A stretch of 64,000 nucleotides of DNA from Verrucomicrobiia bacterium (GTDB lineage: Bacteria; Verrucomicrobiota; Verrucomicrobiia; Limisphaerales; UBA1319), in assembly GCA_963664225.1 (NCBI GenBank), contig OY760937.1:224001-288000 (forward strand), in the 5' to 3' direction. A program made the translations under genes and the position numbers. Of the stretch, positions 19,831 through 30,587 are shown piece by piece; within the stretch, counting starts at the first letter, position 1, and each line of letters begins with the position of its first letter. The notes below the pieces were generated by a model that did not search any database, had not been told where the DNA came from, and saw nothing but the letters and a program-made list of their open reading frames with translations.

Positions 19831-20952
19831 GTGAAACCTGACATTAAATCATTTTCCCGCGAAGAGTTGGTCAAACAATTCGAGGCTTGGAACGAGCCGG
19901 ATTATCGTCTGACGCAACTGTTGGACTGGCTTTATCTTAAGCGAGTGGCGACATGGGAGGCCATGTCGAACATGCCCAAAGCCCTGCGAGAGCGTCTCAA
20001 GGAGGGCTATCAGTTGGCCTTTTTGGAGATGGTCCGCAAGCAGGGTACCCGCGACGAAACGCAAAAGTTTTTGTGGCGTCTGCCGGATAACGCATTTATC
20101 GAGAGCGTTCTTATTCCAGCCAACCCCGCGCTCTACAGTGAGGCGAGTGATCGCCACACTTTGTGCGTATCCACGCAGGTGGGATGCGCCTATGGATGCA
20201 AGTTCTGCGCCAGCGGCCTCAATGGATGGAAACGCAACCTCGCGCCATTCGAAATAGTGGAGCAGGTGATGGCGGTGGAGCGCTGGCTTCACGAGGACAA
20301 ACCCGAGGGCGCGCCAGCCCAACCCGAAGCAGGGCGGCAAGTCCACAACCTGGTCATCATGGGAATGGGCGAGCCACTGGCCAATTATGACGCGTTGTTG
20401 AAGGCGCTGAGAATTCTTAACGCGCCGTGGGGCGGGGGAATTGGAGCGCGCAAAATCACGATTTCCACAAGCGGTCTTGCTCCGCAGATTCGCAGGTTGG
20501 CGGGAGAACCGGAACAATTCCGGCTGGCCATATCTTTGCATGGAGCCACGGATCTGGTGCGAGACCGCATCATGCCGGTGAATCGCAGGTATCCACTGTC
20601 CCAATTAATTTCCGCGTGTCAGGAGTATCTCGATAAAAAGGGGAAAATGATTTCCTTCGAATATATCCTGATCGCGGGTGTGAACGATGGGCTGGATCAG
20701 GTGGAGCCGTTGTCCGCGCTGGCGCGCCGCTTGCATGCCAAGGTGAATCTCATTCCCTATAATAAGGTTGAAGGATTGGATTGGACGAGGCCGGAACCTG
20801 CGGCACAGGAGGCGTTTCTTGAAAAGCTCAAGCAGTATCGCATCCCAGCCACGTTGCGCCGGGAAAAGGGTGGGGATATCGATGCCGCCTGCGGGCAGTT
20901 GAGGTTGCGGACGGAGAAGGAGCTTGCTGCTGTAGAGCCAAAAGGGATCTGA
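19831..20952 (+). CDS. rlmN: 23S rRNA m2A2503 methyltransferase (radical SAM)
   Basis: CVSTQVGCAYGCKFC, MGMGEP, ISLHG, NLIPYN, DIDAACGQL. GTG start at 19831. Confidence 0.96.
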   Translation: MKPDIKSFSREELVKQFEAWNEPDYRLTQLLDWLYLKRVATWEAMSNMPKALRERLKEGYQLAFLEMVRKQGTRDETQKFLWRLPDNAFIESVLIPANPALYSEASDRHTLCVSTQVGCAYGCKFCASGLNGWKRNLAPFEIVEQVMAVERWLHEDKPEGAPAQPEAGRQVHNLVIMGMGEPLANYDALLKALRILNAPWGGGIGARKITISTSGLAPQIRRLAGEPEQFRLAISLHGATDLVRDRIMPVNRRYPLSQLISACQEYLDKKGKMISFEYILIAGVNDGLDQVEPLSALARRLHAKVNLIPYNKVEGLDWTRPEPAAQEAFLEKLKQYRIPATLRREKGGDIDAACGQLRLRTEKELAAVEPKGI

Positions 20953-20962
20953 ACCTTGCGGG

Positions 20963-22225
20963 CTATTTCAGGACGATTTTGCACGCGGCAAACGCCGCAA
21001 AGCCGAGCAATATGACAGTGGCTGCCCTGCCGGCCTTGGCAAGGTGCTCGCTTGCGGGCAGGGGGAGGGTCGGATCGTTTCGGGGAACGAGCAGGCAGCC
21101 CAGGAGCAACCCACCCACCAACCCGCCCAAATGCGCCGCGTTATCGACGATTTTATAGGCAAAAATTCCCATTACAGCCACCAGCGCGATGTTGATTCCC
21201 ATGTTGATGGCGAAGCCGGGGGGCAGGTGATGTTTGCGACGGTAGCCCAGCACGAATAAGAAGCCGATCAATCCGAGCAATCCGCCGGAGGCTCCCACCG
21301 ACATTTTTCCAGGCATCCACAACATGCTAAACAAGCTGCCCGTGATTAGGGAGACCACGAACGTCACAGCCAGATGGTAGCGGGTGGTCAGCACCTCGAT
21401 CAGCCGGCTCAATCCCACCAGTGCGGTGGCGTTGAACACAAAGTGCAGAACGCTGCCATGGAGCAGGGGGCCGGTGAACAAACGCCACCATTCGCCGTGT
21501 CTGACCGCCGCTTTGTCCAGGCCGACAGCCTTGATCGGTCCTTTAACCCCTTCAAACAATTCGAGCAATGCAAGCGCTCCGAGCACTCCCAGCAGGAGCC
21601 ATGTGAATTGAAGCGGGCGGGAAGCCACCCAGACCCGGTAGCGTTCCGTGTCTTGATCCACATGCCATTCGTCCCATTGGATGGTTTTGAAAAAGCGCAA
21701 GCCGCGAAACGCCTGCACCATTTGGAGCAAGCCCAAAACGAAGGCCAGCATCGTCCACATGGCGAAGGCGCCGTGACTGCTGCTACGCCGGCTTGCGTAG
21801 GCAAGCCATCCGAAAAAGAGGAGGCAAAATAAGCCAATCAAGAGCCGCGAGCGCAAATGCCGCCGGGTTCGCATTTTCAAGGCATCCAGCAAAAAGGGGA
21901 TATGGGAGACGGGTTGGATGCGCGGTGCGTCGGGGTGCCAGGCGAGATCAATCGTCGGAACATCGCCGGAGGCCACGCGATGCATCAGTTCATCCCGGGT
22001 GCAACCGACCGCTTTGCCGCGTAATACGTAGCCATAATCGTGACCGGGAAGCTTTTCGGGAAAAGCGTCCGCCTTGGCCCATGGCAAATGGTTTTGGGAT
22101 GAATCGGATTCGTTCACATTGGCCCGCGGAAGAAGCACCCATTCAACGGCTTGATCCACCGGACAACCTAAATTATGCAAGCGCCGGAGAATGACAAGCA
22201 GTGGATGCGCACTTTGGACATTCAT
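20963..22225 (-). CDS. Rhomboid-family intramembrane serine protease with an N-terminal extension
   Basis: GEWWRL, LLHG..LH..FN, GASG, AHLGG. Confidence 0.92.
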   Translation of the reverse strand: MNVQSAHPLLVILRRLHNLGCPVDQAVEWVLLPRANVNESDSSQNHLPWAKADAFPEKLPGHDYGYVLRGKAVGCTRDELMHRVASGDVPTIDLAWHPDAPRIQPVSHIPFLLDALKMRTRRHLRSRLLIGLFCLLFFGWLAYASRRSSSHGAFAMWTMLAFVLGLLQMVQAFRGLRFFKTIQWDEWHVDQDTERYRVWVASRPLQFTWLLLGVLGALALLELFEGVKGPIKAVGLDKAAVRHGEWWRLFTGPLLHGSVLHFVFNATALVGLSRLIEVLTTRYHLAVTFVVSLITGSLFSMLWMPGKMSVGASGGLLGLIGFLFVLGYRRKHHLPPGFAINMGINIALVAVMGIFAYKIVDNAAHLGGLVGGLLLGCLLVPRNDPTLPLPASEHLAKAGRAATVILLGFAAFAACKIVLK

Positions 22226-22275
22226 TCAGGCATTACGAGCCTTGTTAACTGAATGGAATTGCATTAAAAGAAGGC

Positions 22276-23232
22276 ATGATTTCATCTCCGCTCTTCAGAA
22301 GGTCCGTTGTTTGTGCCGGTCTGGTCATCCATCTTGGCATGACAGCAGTAGTCGGCCTGGCTCAGGGGTCGGATGGATCCGTGCAGCAGGGGGCGGGGCA
22401 TCGGTTTCTTTGCGCCGATTATACCCAGGGCAAGGTATTTGTGGTCTCGCGCGAAGGCCGGGTGGAGTGGGAATATCCGGCCCCCAATTGCAACGATGCG
22501 TGGGCATTGGCCAATGGAAATTATTTATTCACGACCGGGCATGGCGTGAAGGAAGTCAAACCGGATAAGACCGTGGTTTTCACCTATGAATCCAATAGCG
22601 AGGTATATGCCTGCCAGCGCCTTGCCGATGGGAATACTTTTGTCGGCGAGTGCAATTCCGGGAGGATGTTGGAAATCACCTCGGAGGGGAAAATTGCGCA
22701 TGAGGCCCGGCTGCTGACTGTCGGCCAGGATGGTGGACATCTGTTCATTCGTAATGCACGCAGGCTCGACAACGGCCATTACCTGGTGGCCCATTACAGC
22801 CAGCAAGTGGTGGTTGAATATGACCATGAAGGAAGAGAAGTGCGACGGATTCCCGCCCCCGGAGGTCCCCATAGTGTGGTGCGCCTGCCCAATGGCAATA
22901 CGCTGATCGCCTGCGCCGATATGGATAACGCAGGCCGGCGGGTCATGGAGGTGAATCCAGAGGGGAGGACGGTTTGGTCGGTGGCGGACGGGGAGTTGCC
23001 CGGCGCCAGCCTCAAATTCATGGCAGGACTACAGCGTCTGCCCAATGGCAACACAGTGATGGCAAACTGGCTTGGGCATGGGCAGTTCGGCAAAGCCCCG
23101 CATGTCATCGAGGTGACGCCTGATAAGAAGGTGGTATGGACTTTTTTCGATCACCAGATGATGAAAACCATTTCCACAATTCAATTAATGGATGTTCCCG
23201 GTGATTCGACTCATGGTGAAATCTGGCATTAA
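22276..23232 (+). CDS. Secreted beta-propeller repeat protein
   Basis: Signal peptide; five xLxNGN(T/Y)-like blades and recurring E(V/I)xPxG/K..VW motifs. Confidence 0.75.
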   Translation: MISSPLFRRSVVCAGLVIHLGMTAVVGLAQGSDGSVQQGAGHRFLCADYTQGKVFVVSREGRVEWEYPAPNCNDAWALANGNYLFTTGHGVKEVKPDKTVVFTYESNSEVYACQRLADGNTFVGECNSGRMLEITSEGKIAHEARLLTVGQDGGHLFIRNARRLDNGHYLVAHYSQQVVVEYDHEGREVRRIPAPGGPHSVVRLPNGNTLIACADMDNAGRRVMEVNPEGRTVWSVADGELPGASLKFMAGLQRLPNGNTVMANWLGHGQFGKAPHVIEVTPDKKVVWTFFDHQMMKTISTIQLMDVPGDSTHGEIWH

Positions 23233-23252
23233 CTCGGGGAAAAGGGTGTTGG

Positions 23253-23303
23253 CCATTTACAAATGGTGACTTGCTTTATAATACCATCGGATTTACAAAT
23301 GGT
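23253..23303. promoter_or_regulatory. Tandem 13-bp direct repeat ATTTACAAATGGT flanking a TATAAT box
   Basis: Copies at 23255-23267 and 23291-23303. The first lies in the near-palindrome CCATTTACAAATGG. TATAAT at 23277-23282. Confidence 0.5.
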
Positions 23304-23354
23304 CTATATTTAGTCCCTGAACAATGGCCTTGCGGCCTGAACTATCCCTGATTT

Positions 23355-24137
23355 ATGGATCAAGAAAATCCGATTTTGCAGGATTCTGAGGTTTCAGCTC
23401 TGCCTCCGATGTCCTTGGGTTCACGCCTGGCCAATGTCTTTGTCAGCCCTGGCGAAGTGTTCGATCAGGTGAAATGGGGCAAGCCCTCCACAGGCAATTG
23501 GCTTGTTCCACTGCTGCTGAGTTGCATCATGATCGTGATATTCACCATGGTGGCTTTTTCGCAGCCAACCGTGCTGCAACAATTCAAGGACCAGCAGGGA
23601 AAGCAGTTCCAAAAGATGGTGGACCAGAAGAAACTGACTCAGGAACAGGCGGATAAGGTTTCCGAGAGCAGCGCCAAGTTTCTGGAATCGACGACGTTCA
23701 AAATCATCGGAAGCGTGGGGGCGTTAGTGGGGGGTGCGGCCTGGTTTTTTGCCCTGGCCCTGGGATTATGGATATTGGGCGCGAAAATTCTACATGGGAA
23801 CTATTCTTTCATGCAATCGCTTGAAATGGTCGGGCTCACGTCGATGATCGGGATCTTAAGCGCCATTATCGGAATTCTTATTGTCGTGGCCAAGGGGTCC
23901 TTGATGGTCAATTTCGGTCCTTCCTTCTTTATCGAGAAAATCGATCTGACCAACAAACTCCATCAGGTATTGCTTGCCTGTAACCTGCTCACATTCTGGT
24001 ATATGGGAGTTTTGTCGATCGGGGTTTCGCGATTGAGCGGGGCCTGTATGGCCAAGTGCGCCGGATCGATATTCGGAGTCTGGGCGCTCATCAAGGTGGG
24101 GACCATAGTGTCCGGTTATGGCTCTGGAGGCTTTTGA
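23355..24137 (+). CDS. Yip1-family membrane protein (YknW-like)
   Basis: VFVSPGEVF start and about five TM helices with a large loop after TM1; sits upstream of MacAB-type genes. Confidence 0.8.
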   Translation: MDQENPILQDSEVSALPPMSLGSRLANVFVSPGEVFDQVKWGKPSTGNWLVPLLLSCIMIVIFTMVAFSQPTVLQQFKDQQGKQFQKMVDQKKLTQEQADKVSESSAKFLESTTFKIIGSVGALVGGAAWFFALALGLWILGAKILHGNYSFMQSLEMVGLTSMIGILSAIIGILIVVAKGSLMVNFGPSFFIEKIDLTNKLHQVLLACNLLTFWYMGVLSIGVSRLSGACMAKCAGSIFGVWALIKVGTIVSGYGSGGF

Positions 24138-24238
24138 TAAAGCGCGCTATCGGGCAACCAATGGGGGACGATGATTTACAAACCGCTGAATTGGATCACG
24201 ATGAGCGGAAACAATCATGACTTCTTCTGAAAATAATC

Positions 24239-24268
24239 TGCAACAAATGGTTTTTCCCAGTGTCTTAA
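24239..24268 (+). promoter_or_regulatory. Putative ECF sigma-factor promoter
   Basis: TGCAAC-N16-TGTCTTAA just upstream of the ATG at 24282; resembles the AAC-N16/17-(C)GT ECF consensus. Confidence 0.45.
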
Positions 24269-24281
24269 TAGGACGTAACCG

Positions 24282-25703
24282 ATGAGTACTAAAAAAAATA
24301 AAACTCTAAAAAAGGTCATCATTTTTTCGGCGATCGGCCTGTTGATCGCCGGGTTGGGGCTTTATGCGTGGCTGCGCAAACCAGCGGTAGTTGTCACGGT
24401 CAACACGGAGAAAGTGGCACGTCGGAATTTGACAGAACTGGTGGTGGCCACCGGCAAAATCCAGCCCGTGGTGTATGTGAAAATCAGCCCCGAAGTCAGC
24501 GGCGAAATCATCGCACTGCCCGTCAAGGAGGGCCAGACCGTCAAAAAGGGGGATTTGCTGATGCGGATCAGGCCGGATACCTATATCGCCAACCGGAACA
24601 TCGCCGAGGCCAATCTGAAGGCCGCCCAAGCCCAAAACACGATGTCCAAAGCGAATCTCGACAAGGCCACTTCCGAGATGAAGCGTTACGAGGATCTTTA
24701 TCGCACCAAGCTGGTTTCCGATTCCCAGTATATCGAGGTGAAAACGGCATTTGATGTCGCTGTGGCATCGTATGAGTCGGCCAAATATCAGGCGGATAAC
24801 GCAAAAGCCAATCTGGCGCGAGCAGAAGAGGATCTTTCCAAGACGACCATCACATCCCCGCTCGACGGCACGATCAGCAAGCTCAATTCCCAATTGGGCG
24901 AACGGGTTGTCGGCACCGCGACTTATCAGGGTACTGAAGTCATGACCATTTCGGATTTAAACGACATGGAGGCGCGTGTGGATATCGGTGAAATTGATGT
25001 GGTGTTGATTGCAGTGGGCCAGAAGGCGCGGCTCGAGGTCGATTCGTTCCGCGATCGGAAGTTCACCGGAATCGTTTCCGATATCGCCAACACCGCAAAA
25101 TCGGCCGGTTCGGGGCAGACAGACGCAACGAAGTTTGAGGTTCGCATTCGCGTTCAGGAAAAGGAGGTTTTCCGTCCCGGAATGTCCGTGACCGCTGAGA
25201 TTGAGACGCGCTATCGCACGAATGTTCTCACAGTTCCCATACAAAGTGTGACGACCCGGACGCCCAAGGAGACCCCTCCAGGCAAGGGCGGAACCAATGC
25301 TCCGACTGCCACGGCGAATGCCTCCAAGGATCAAACCAACGCGATGGCCAAAGTGGAGAAAAACACCAACTCGAATGCGCCGGCCACGGATGCGGGAACT
25401 GTCTCTGGCACGAATGTCACCGGAGCGACCAATATTTCCGGTTCCAAGAAAGCCAACGAAGTTATCAAGCCGGTGGAGGTGGTGTTCATGGTGGCGGATG
25501 GCAAAGCGAAAATGGCCAAGGTCAAACGGGGCATTAGCGACGATTCCTACGTGGAAATCCTCGATGGCCTGACCGAGGGAACCGAGATTGTATCGGGTGG
25601 CTATAAGGCCATCAATCGTGAGCTGGAAGATGACAAGAAGGTGAAGGTGGATAACAACCGCAAGGACGCCGACAAGGATGATAAGAAAGAGGGCGGACAG
25701 TAG
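24282..25703 (+). CDS. Periplasmic adaptor (membrane fusion protein) of a MacAB-type ABC exporter
   Basis: N-terminal TM, ATGKIQP..VKISPEVSG, VKEGQTVKKGDLL, ITSPLDG, RPGMS; low-complexity Thr/Asn insert. Confidence 0.93.
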   Translation: MSTKKNKTLKKVIIFSAIGLLIAGLGLYAWLRKPAVVVTVNTEKVARRNLTELVVATGKIQPVVYVKISPEVSGEIIALPVKEGQTVKKGDLLMRIRPDTYIANRNIAEANLKAAQAQNTMSKANLDKATSEMKRYEDLYRTKLVSDSQYIEVKTAFDVAVASYESAKYQADNAKANLARAEEDLSKTTITSPLDGTISKLNSQLGERVVGTATYQGTEVMTISDLNDMEARVDIGEIDVVLIAVGQKARLEVDSFRDRKFTGIVSDIANTAKSAGSGQTDATKFEVRIRVQEKEVFRPGMSVTAEIETRYRTNVLTVPIQSVTTRTPKETPPGKGGTNAPTATANASKDQTNAMAKVEKNTNSNAPATDAGTVSGTNVTGATNISGSKKANEVIKPVEVVFMVADGKAKMAKVKRGISDDSYVEILDGLTEGTEIVSGGYKAINRELEDDKKVKVDNNRKDADKDDKKEGGQ

Positions 25704-25765
25704 AATGATGCCAGGCCAAAGCCCATAGACGGCTGCGGGTTTGGAAGGCGTGCTGCGGCCAACGA

Positions 25766-26494
25766 GTGGTTGACATGATTACGATTAAGAAATTATCCAA
25801 GATTTATCAGGTGGGAACGGAAACGATTCACGCGCTCCGTGAAATGGATCTGTTCATTGACCGGGGTGAGTATGTGGCCATCATGGGGCCATCGGGTTCC
25901 GGGAAATCCACATTGATGAACATGATCGGGTGTCTCGACACGCCCACTTCAGGGGTGTTTGAGCTCAATGGGATTAATGTCAGCGACATGGACGACAATG
26001 AACTGGCTGAGATTCGGAACAAAGAAATTGGTTTTGTGTTCCAGACGTTCAATTTGCTGGCTCGATCCAATGCGTTGCACAATGTCGAATTGCCGCTGAT
26101 ATACGCGGGCGTGCCTTCTGATGAGCGGCGGCAAATGGCCTTGGAGGCCCTGGATCATGTGGGTCTGGCGGATCGTGTGCATCACAAGCCCAACGAAATG
26201 TCCGGCGGTCAGCGCCAACGGGTGGCTGTGGCACGGGCATTGGTCAACAAGCCTTCCATCATTCTGGCCGATGAGCCGACCGGCAATCTGGATTCCAAAA
26301 CAGGCGATGAAATCATGGCCTTGTTTGCCGCTCTGGCTCGCGCAGGCAATACCATCATTCTCGTCACGCACGAGGAGGACGTGGCCCGGCACGCCCGCCG
26401 CATCATTCGAATCCGCGACGGACGCATTGCCAGCGATGAATTGCGGCAAGCTTCAAGCCCGGGCGGCATTCCCAGCACGGCGGCCGCAAACTGA
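25766..26494 (+). CDS. MacB/LolD-type ABC transporter ATP-binding protein
   Basis: [40 protein letters not shown]. Confidence 0.96.
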   Translation: MVDMITIKKLSKIYQVGTETIHALREMDLFIDRGEYVAIMGPSGSGKSTLMNMIGCLDTPTSGVFELNGINVSDMDDNELAEIRNKEIGFVFQTFNLLARSNALHNVELPLIYAGVPSDERRQMALEALDHVGLADRVHHKPNEMSGGQRQRVAVARALVNKPSIILADEPTGNLDSKTGDEIMALFAALARAGNTIILVTHEEDVARHARRIIRIRDGRIASDELRQASSPGGIPSTAAAN

Positions 26495-26578
26495 TGGTAT
26501 GAGTTGCGTCCTCCATGCCAACCTGATGGAAACATTGTTCGAATACAGGCTTCAATCCCTGGCCAGGAGCTGGCGTTT

Positions 26579-27802
26579 ATGACCCTGCTCGATGAAATAC
26601 GTGAATCCACCTGGGTTTCACTGGGAGCGCTCCGGGCCAACAAAATGCGCTCCGCCCTTACCACACTGGGTATTGTCATTGGCATTGTCACGGTGACTCT
26701 GATGGGTACCGCCATTGAAGGTCTGGACAAGGCTTTCATGAAAAGCATTTCGTCGATTGGATCCGATGTGCTTTATATCGAACGTTTTTCGTGGTTTGGA
26801 AATGAAGAGTGGTGGAAGATGCGCAACCGTAGGGAAATCCTCCTTCCGGACGCGCATGAAGTGGCCCGACAATCAGTTCTGGCGGTGGCGGTGACACCGA
26901 TGGCGGATACTTTTAGAACCGTAAAGTATAACAATCGTAGTGCAAGCGCGGTGCAAATCGTGGGGTGCTCCTCTGAAGCGGCCGTCGTGAGCAGTTTATC
27001 GCTCACAGCGGGACGGTTTATGTCTGGCGCAGAGGTGGACGGAGTGCGTCCAGTCTGCGTGTTGGGCGCGGATTTGGCGGCGAATTTTTTCCCGCACGAA
27101 TCTCCTTTGGGCAAAAAGATACGGATTGGCGATTCGCCATATGAAGTGGTGGGCGTGCTCGACAAGTTAGGTTCCTTCATGGGTTTGTTTAACCTGGATA
27201 ACCGGGTCATGGTTCCCATCACCCGGTTTTTAACCGATCTGACCCGCTGGCCGGATGTGACCATTGCGGTCAAGGTCCGAGACATGAAGGGCATCGATGA
27301 GGCGTCGGAGGAATTGCGGGGAATCATGCGCAAAATCCGAAGGCTGCCGCCTGGAATGCCTGATGATTTTGCCATCAACCAGCAGGATGCCTTCATCAAA
27401 ACCTTTAAAAAGCTGGGAGGCACCATTGCCACGGTGGGTTTGTTCATCACGGGCCTGTCCCTCTTCGTCGGCGGGATTGGCATCATGAATATCATGTTTG
27501 TGTCGGTGGCGGAGCGGACACGCGAGATTGGATTGCGCAAGGCATTGGGGGCGAAGCGCAGGAACATTCTCATGCAATTTCTGACAGAGGCGGCGGCGAT
27601 CTGCCTGTTTGGAGGAGTTCTGGCCTTGGTTATTGCCTATCCTCTGAGTTTATTGATTGCGCAGCAACTGCCCACAAGCATGTCCTGGCGCATCGTGGCG
27701 CTGGCCTTGGGGGTGTCGCTGGTAACCGGGGTGGTCTCCGGTTTTCTGCCCGCCTGGCGCGCGGCCCGGATGAATCCTGTGGATGCCTTGAGAAATGAAT
27801 AA
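26579..27802 (+). CDS. MacB/FtsX-type ABC permease
   Basis: RSALTTLGIVIG, GGIGIMNIM.VSV.ERTREIG, PAWRAARMNPVDALRNE. ATG at 26579. Confidence 0.95.
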   Translation: MTLLDEIRESTWVSLGALRANKMRSALTTLGIVIGIVTVTLMGTAIEGLDKAFMKSISSIGSDVLYIERFSWFGNEEWWKMRNRREILLPDAHEVARQSVLAVAVTPMADTFRTVKYNNRSASAVQIVGCSSEAAVVSSLSLTAGRFMSGAEVDGVRPVCVLGADLAANFFPHESPLGKKIRIGDSPYEVVGVLDKLGSFMGLFNLDNRVMVPITRFLTDLTRWPDVTIAVKVRDMKGIDEASEELRGIMRKIRRLPPGMPDDFAINQQDAFIKTFKKLGGTIATVGLFITGLSLFVGGIGIMNIMFVSVAERTREIGLRKALGAKRRNILMQFLTEAAAICLFGGVLALVIAYPLSLLIAQQLPTSMSWRIVALALGVSLVTGVVSGFLPAWRAARMNPVDALRNE

Positions 27803-27811
27803 GGACGCCTC

Positions 27812-29050
27812 GTGAAACTGGCCGCTGAAATCGTCGAGAGCTTTAATATGGCCATGGGCGCATTAACCGCCCATAAGCTCCGTTCCGCGCTTACGCTGCT
27901 GGGCGTGCTCATCGGCGTCTTTTCGATCATCGTCGTGATGACCGCGATGCGCGCGCTGCAGAACGTGATGGAAAAGGAGCTAAGCCAATTGGGGTCCCAA
28001 ACATTCATTGTGCAGAAATGGCCAGGCATCTATGTGGGCGGGCCCGAGGGGTGGGAGAAATTCTGGCGGCGGCAAAACCTTCGCTTTCCGCTGGCTTTAC
28101 AGCTCAAGGAAAGAGCCACACTGGCGGTGGGGGTCGGCGCGCAAACCGGTTTATGGGATGGAGAAGTGATGTCACGCTATGACAAAACCAACCCCAATGT
28201 TCAAATGCTTGGAGTCACCCCGGAAATTTTTTCGGCGCGCAACTGGGAGTTGGACGAAGGCCGCGCCCTCCTGGCGAGCGATCTCGATAGTTGCCGCAAT
28301 GTATGCGTGTTGGGCAGCAGCCTGGCGAAAAAACTGTTTCCTCACTCCTCCGCCTTGCGGGAGAACGTAAAATTCAATGGAGTTAATTATGCCGTTGTGG
28401 GTGTGCTTGCCGCCAAAGGGGGCATGGGCGGCGACCAGGATAATTTCCTGGCCATTCCATTGACCACCGGCCTGAACCGTTACGGACGCGATCGCAGTCT
28501 CGAAATTGTGGTTCAAGCCCGCAACCAAGCTCTCTACGATGATACAGTGGAACAGGTTCGTGGCGTTCTGCGGACTCTTCGCAAGGTACCCCCGATCAAG
28601 GAGGACGATTTTGAAATCGTTTCCAACGATTCCCTCATCAAACAATTCAAAAGCATCACTCTTGCGGTGCGCATCGGGGTAACGGTCGTCAGTTCCATTG
28701 CATTGCTGGCCGCTGGAATCGGTATCATGAACATCATGCTGGTGTCGGTAACCGAACGCACCCGCGAGATCGGCGTGCGACGTGCTGTGGGAGCGAAAAA
28801 GCGCAACATCATGACCCAATTCATCATGGAGGCCATCGCCATTTGCGAAGTGGGGGGCGTGGCGGGCGTCCTGCTTGGAGTGGGCGGCGGCAATCTGGTG
28901 GCGAGCTATTTGAAAGTGCCGCCCGTGATACCGGTGGATTGGGTGGTGATTGGCCTGGTGATTTGCTCGATTGTGGGAATTGTATTTGGCACCTACCCGG
29001 CTTTTAAAGCGGCCAATCTCGATCCCATCGATTCATTGCGGTACGAATAG
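27812..29050 (+). CDS. MacB/FtsX-type ABC permease (second paralog)
   Basis: RSALTLLGVLIG, GIMNIMLVSVTERTREIG, PAFKAANLDPIDSLRYE. Confidence 0.95.
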   Translation: MKLAAEIVESFNMAMGALTAHKLRSALTLLGVLIGVFSIIVVMTAMRALQNVMEKELSQLGSQTFIVQKWPGIYVGGPEGWEKFWRRQNLRFPLALQLKERATLAVGVGAQTGLWDGEVMSRYDKTNPNVQMLGVTPEIFSARNWELDEGRALLASDLDSCRNVCVLGSSLAKKLFPHSSALRENVKFNGVNYAVVGVLAAKGGMGGDQDNFLAIPLTTGLNRYGRDRSLEIVVQARNQALYDDTVEQVRGVLRTLRKVPPIKEDDFEIVSNDSLIKQFKSITLAVRIGVTVVSSIALLAAGIGIMNIMLVSVTERTREIGVRRAVGAKKRNIMTQFIMEAIAICEVGGVAGVLLGVGGGNLVASYLKVPPVIPVDWVVIGLVICSIVGIVFGTYPAFKAANLDPIDSLRYE

Positions 29051-29105
29051 CCGCAGTCGATTTTCTTGTTCGTGTGGAACAATGTGACTTGGAATTTTGA
29101 CGCCT

Positions 29106-30417
29106 ATGAAGAGCAACTTGCCGTTGGTGTTTACCTTGGGATTGGCGTTGAGCGGAAGCCTGATGGCCGCGCCACGGGAATACAAACCGTATTTTGATGC
29201 GTTCGTCTGGAAGTCTGAGCCGCCGGCAGACTGCCCGTTCCCGCCTTCGAACGAAATTACCGGCATTCGGTTTACCGGGGTGCATAGCGATTATCACTTT
29301 GCCGACACGTGGTATCCGACCTGGGCGGCGGACGGCAACCTCTACTCTCCATTCACGGATGGCAGTGTCTGGGAGGATGGCTCCAATTCAGATGGCTTTT
29401 CCTTTACAGAGAGCGACGGGATGGGGGTCTATCACACGGCGTTGCGAAAGGCGACCACTGGTCAGGCGGTGTTGATGGGGGATGATCCGTTGAATCTGAC
29501 GGTCAAAAGTCTCGGCACGGTCGCGGCGGACCCGTATCCATATGGTGGACGTTATCCCTGCGGCAGCCTGTTGAAAGGCGGCATCTGGTATTACGGGACT
29601 TATTGCTTGTCGCCTCACGATGACCCGGTTTGGCGAAACGGTCTATAATTGGCCATGGCTTGGGCCTCTGGTGGGCTTTCGCATCTCTCGTGATTTCGGC
29701 AAAACCTGGACGGAAACGACGCACACCCCTGCGAAACCGCTTTTTGGCGAATCGGGCATGTGGGGGTATCCTGTGAAGATTGGATCCCCGCATTTTGTGG
29801 ATTTTGGCAAGGATATGGAGCATTCCCCGGATGGGAAGGCCTACCTTGTGGCGCACGGCGCGGTGTATCCGGACGCGAGGCCACGGTTTGAGAATTTGAG
29901 TTGGATTACGGGGGACCAGGTCTATTTGCTTCGCGTCATTCCGACCCCGGAGAACATCAATGACGCCTCGCAATATGAGTTTTTTGGAGGCAATTCCAAT
30001 AATGGCGAGGCGATCTGGACTCGGGATTTCAAGCAGATCAAGCCGCTGGTGGAATGGAATAACAACATGGGTTGCGTGACCATGACCTACAATGCTCCAC
30101 TTAAGAAATACATGATGTGCGTGACTGATGGGGGCAACACCTGCGCCAAAATGAATTCCTACATTCTCGAGTCGAGCCGCATCAATGGTCCCTGGAAGAT
30201 GGTGTCGTACATGAAAACCTTCGGGGAGCAGGGTTACTTTGTGAACATTCCCTCGAAGTTTATTTCGAAGGACGGGCGTGCTTCATGGCTCTGTTACTCG
30301 GCAAATTTCGCGCCGAATTGGAATGGGGAGAAGATCGAATCTAAACCACCGGGCAGCCATTACGGTTTGGTGTTACAGGAATTTCAGTGGCTCGACAAGC
30401 GGTTGAATAAGGATTAA
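29106..30417 (+). pseudogene. Secreted putative carbohydrate-active beta-propeller protein split by a frameshift near 29615 (or a sequencing error)
   Basis: ORF 29106-29648 (signal peptide, DTWYPTWAADGNLY, GRYPCGSL..GIWYYGTY) continues in another frame (29620-30417: NWPWLGP..GFRISRDFGKTW Asp-box, GPWK, YFVNIPSKFIS). Confidence 0.65.
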
Positions 30418-30587
30418 GAAAACGGCAATGAGCCTATTCCACGGCAAATTCGTGATACGACGTTATGCGGATGGGGTTTGATCCCCAACCAAACGCAGCA
30501 AATGCAAGGGCAGGAGGGGGTGTGGAGAGCAAGGTGGTGGGGCAATTATGCGCTTTTCATTCCCATATATCCGATTAGAATTTCAAC

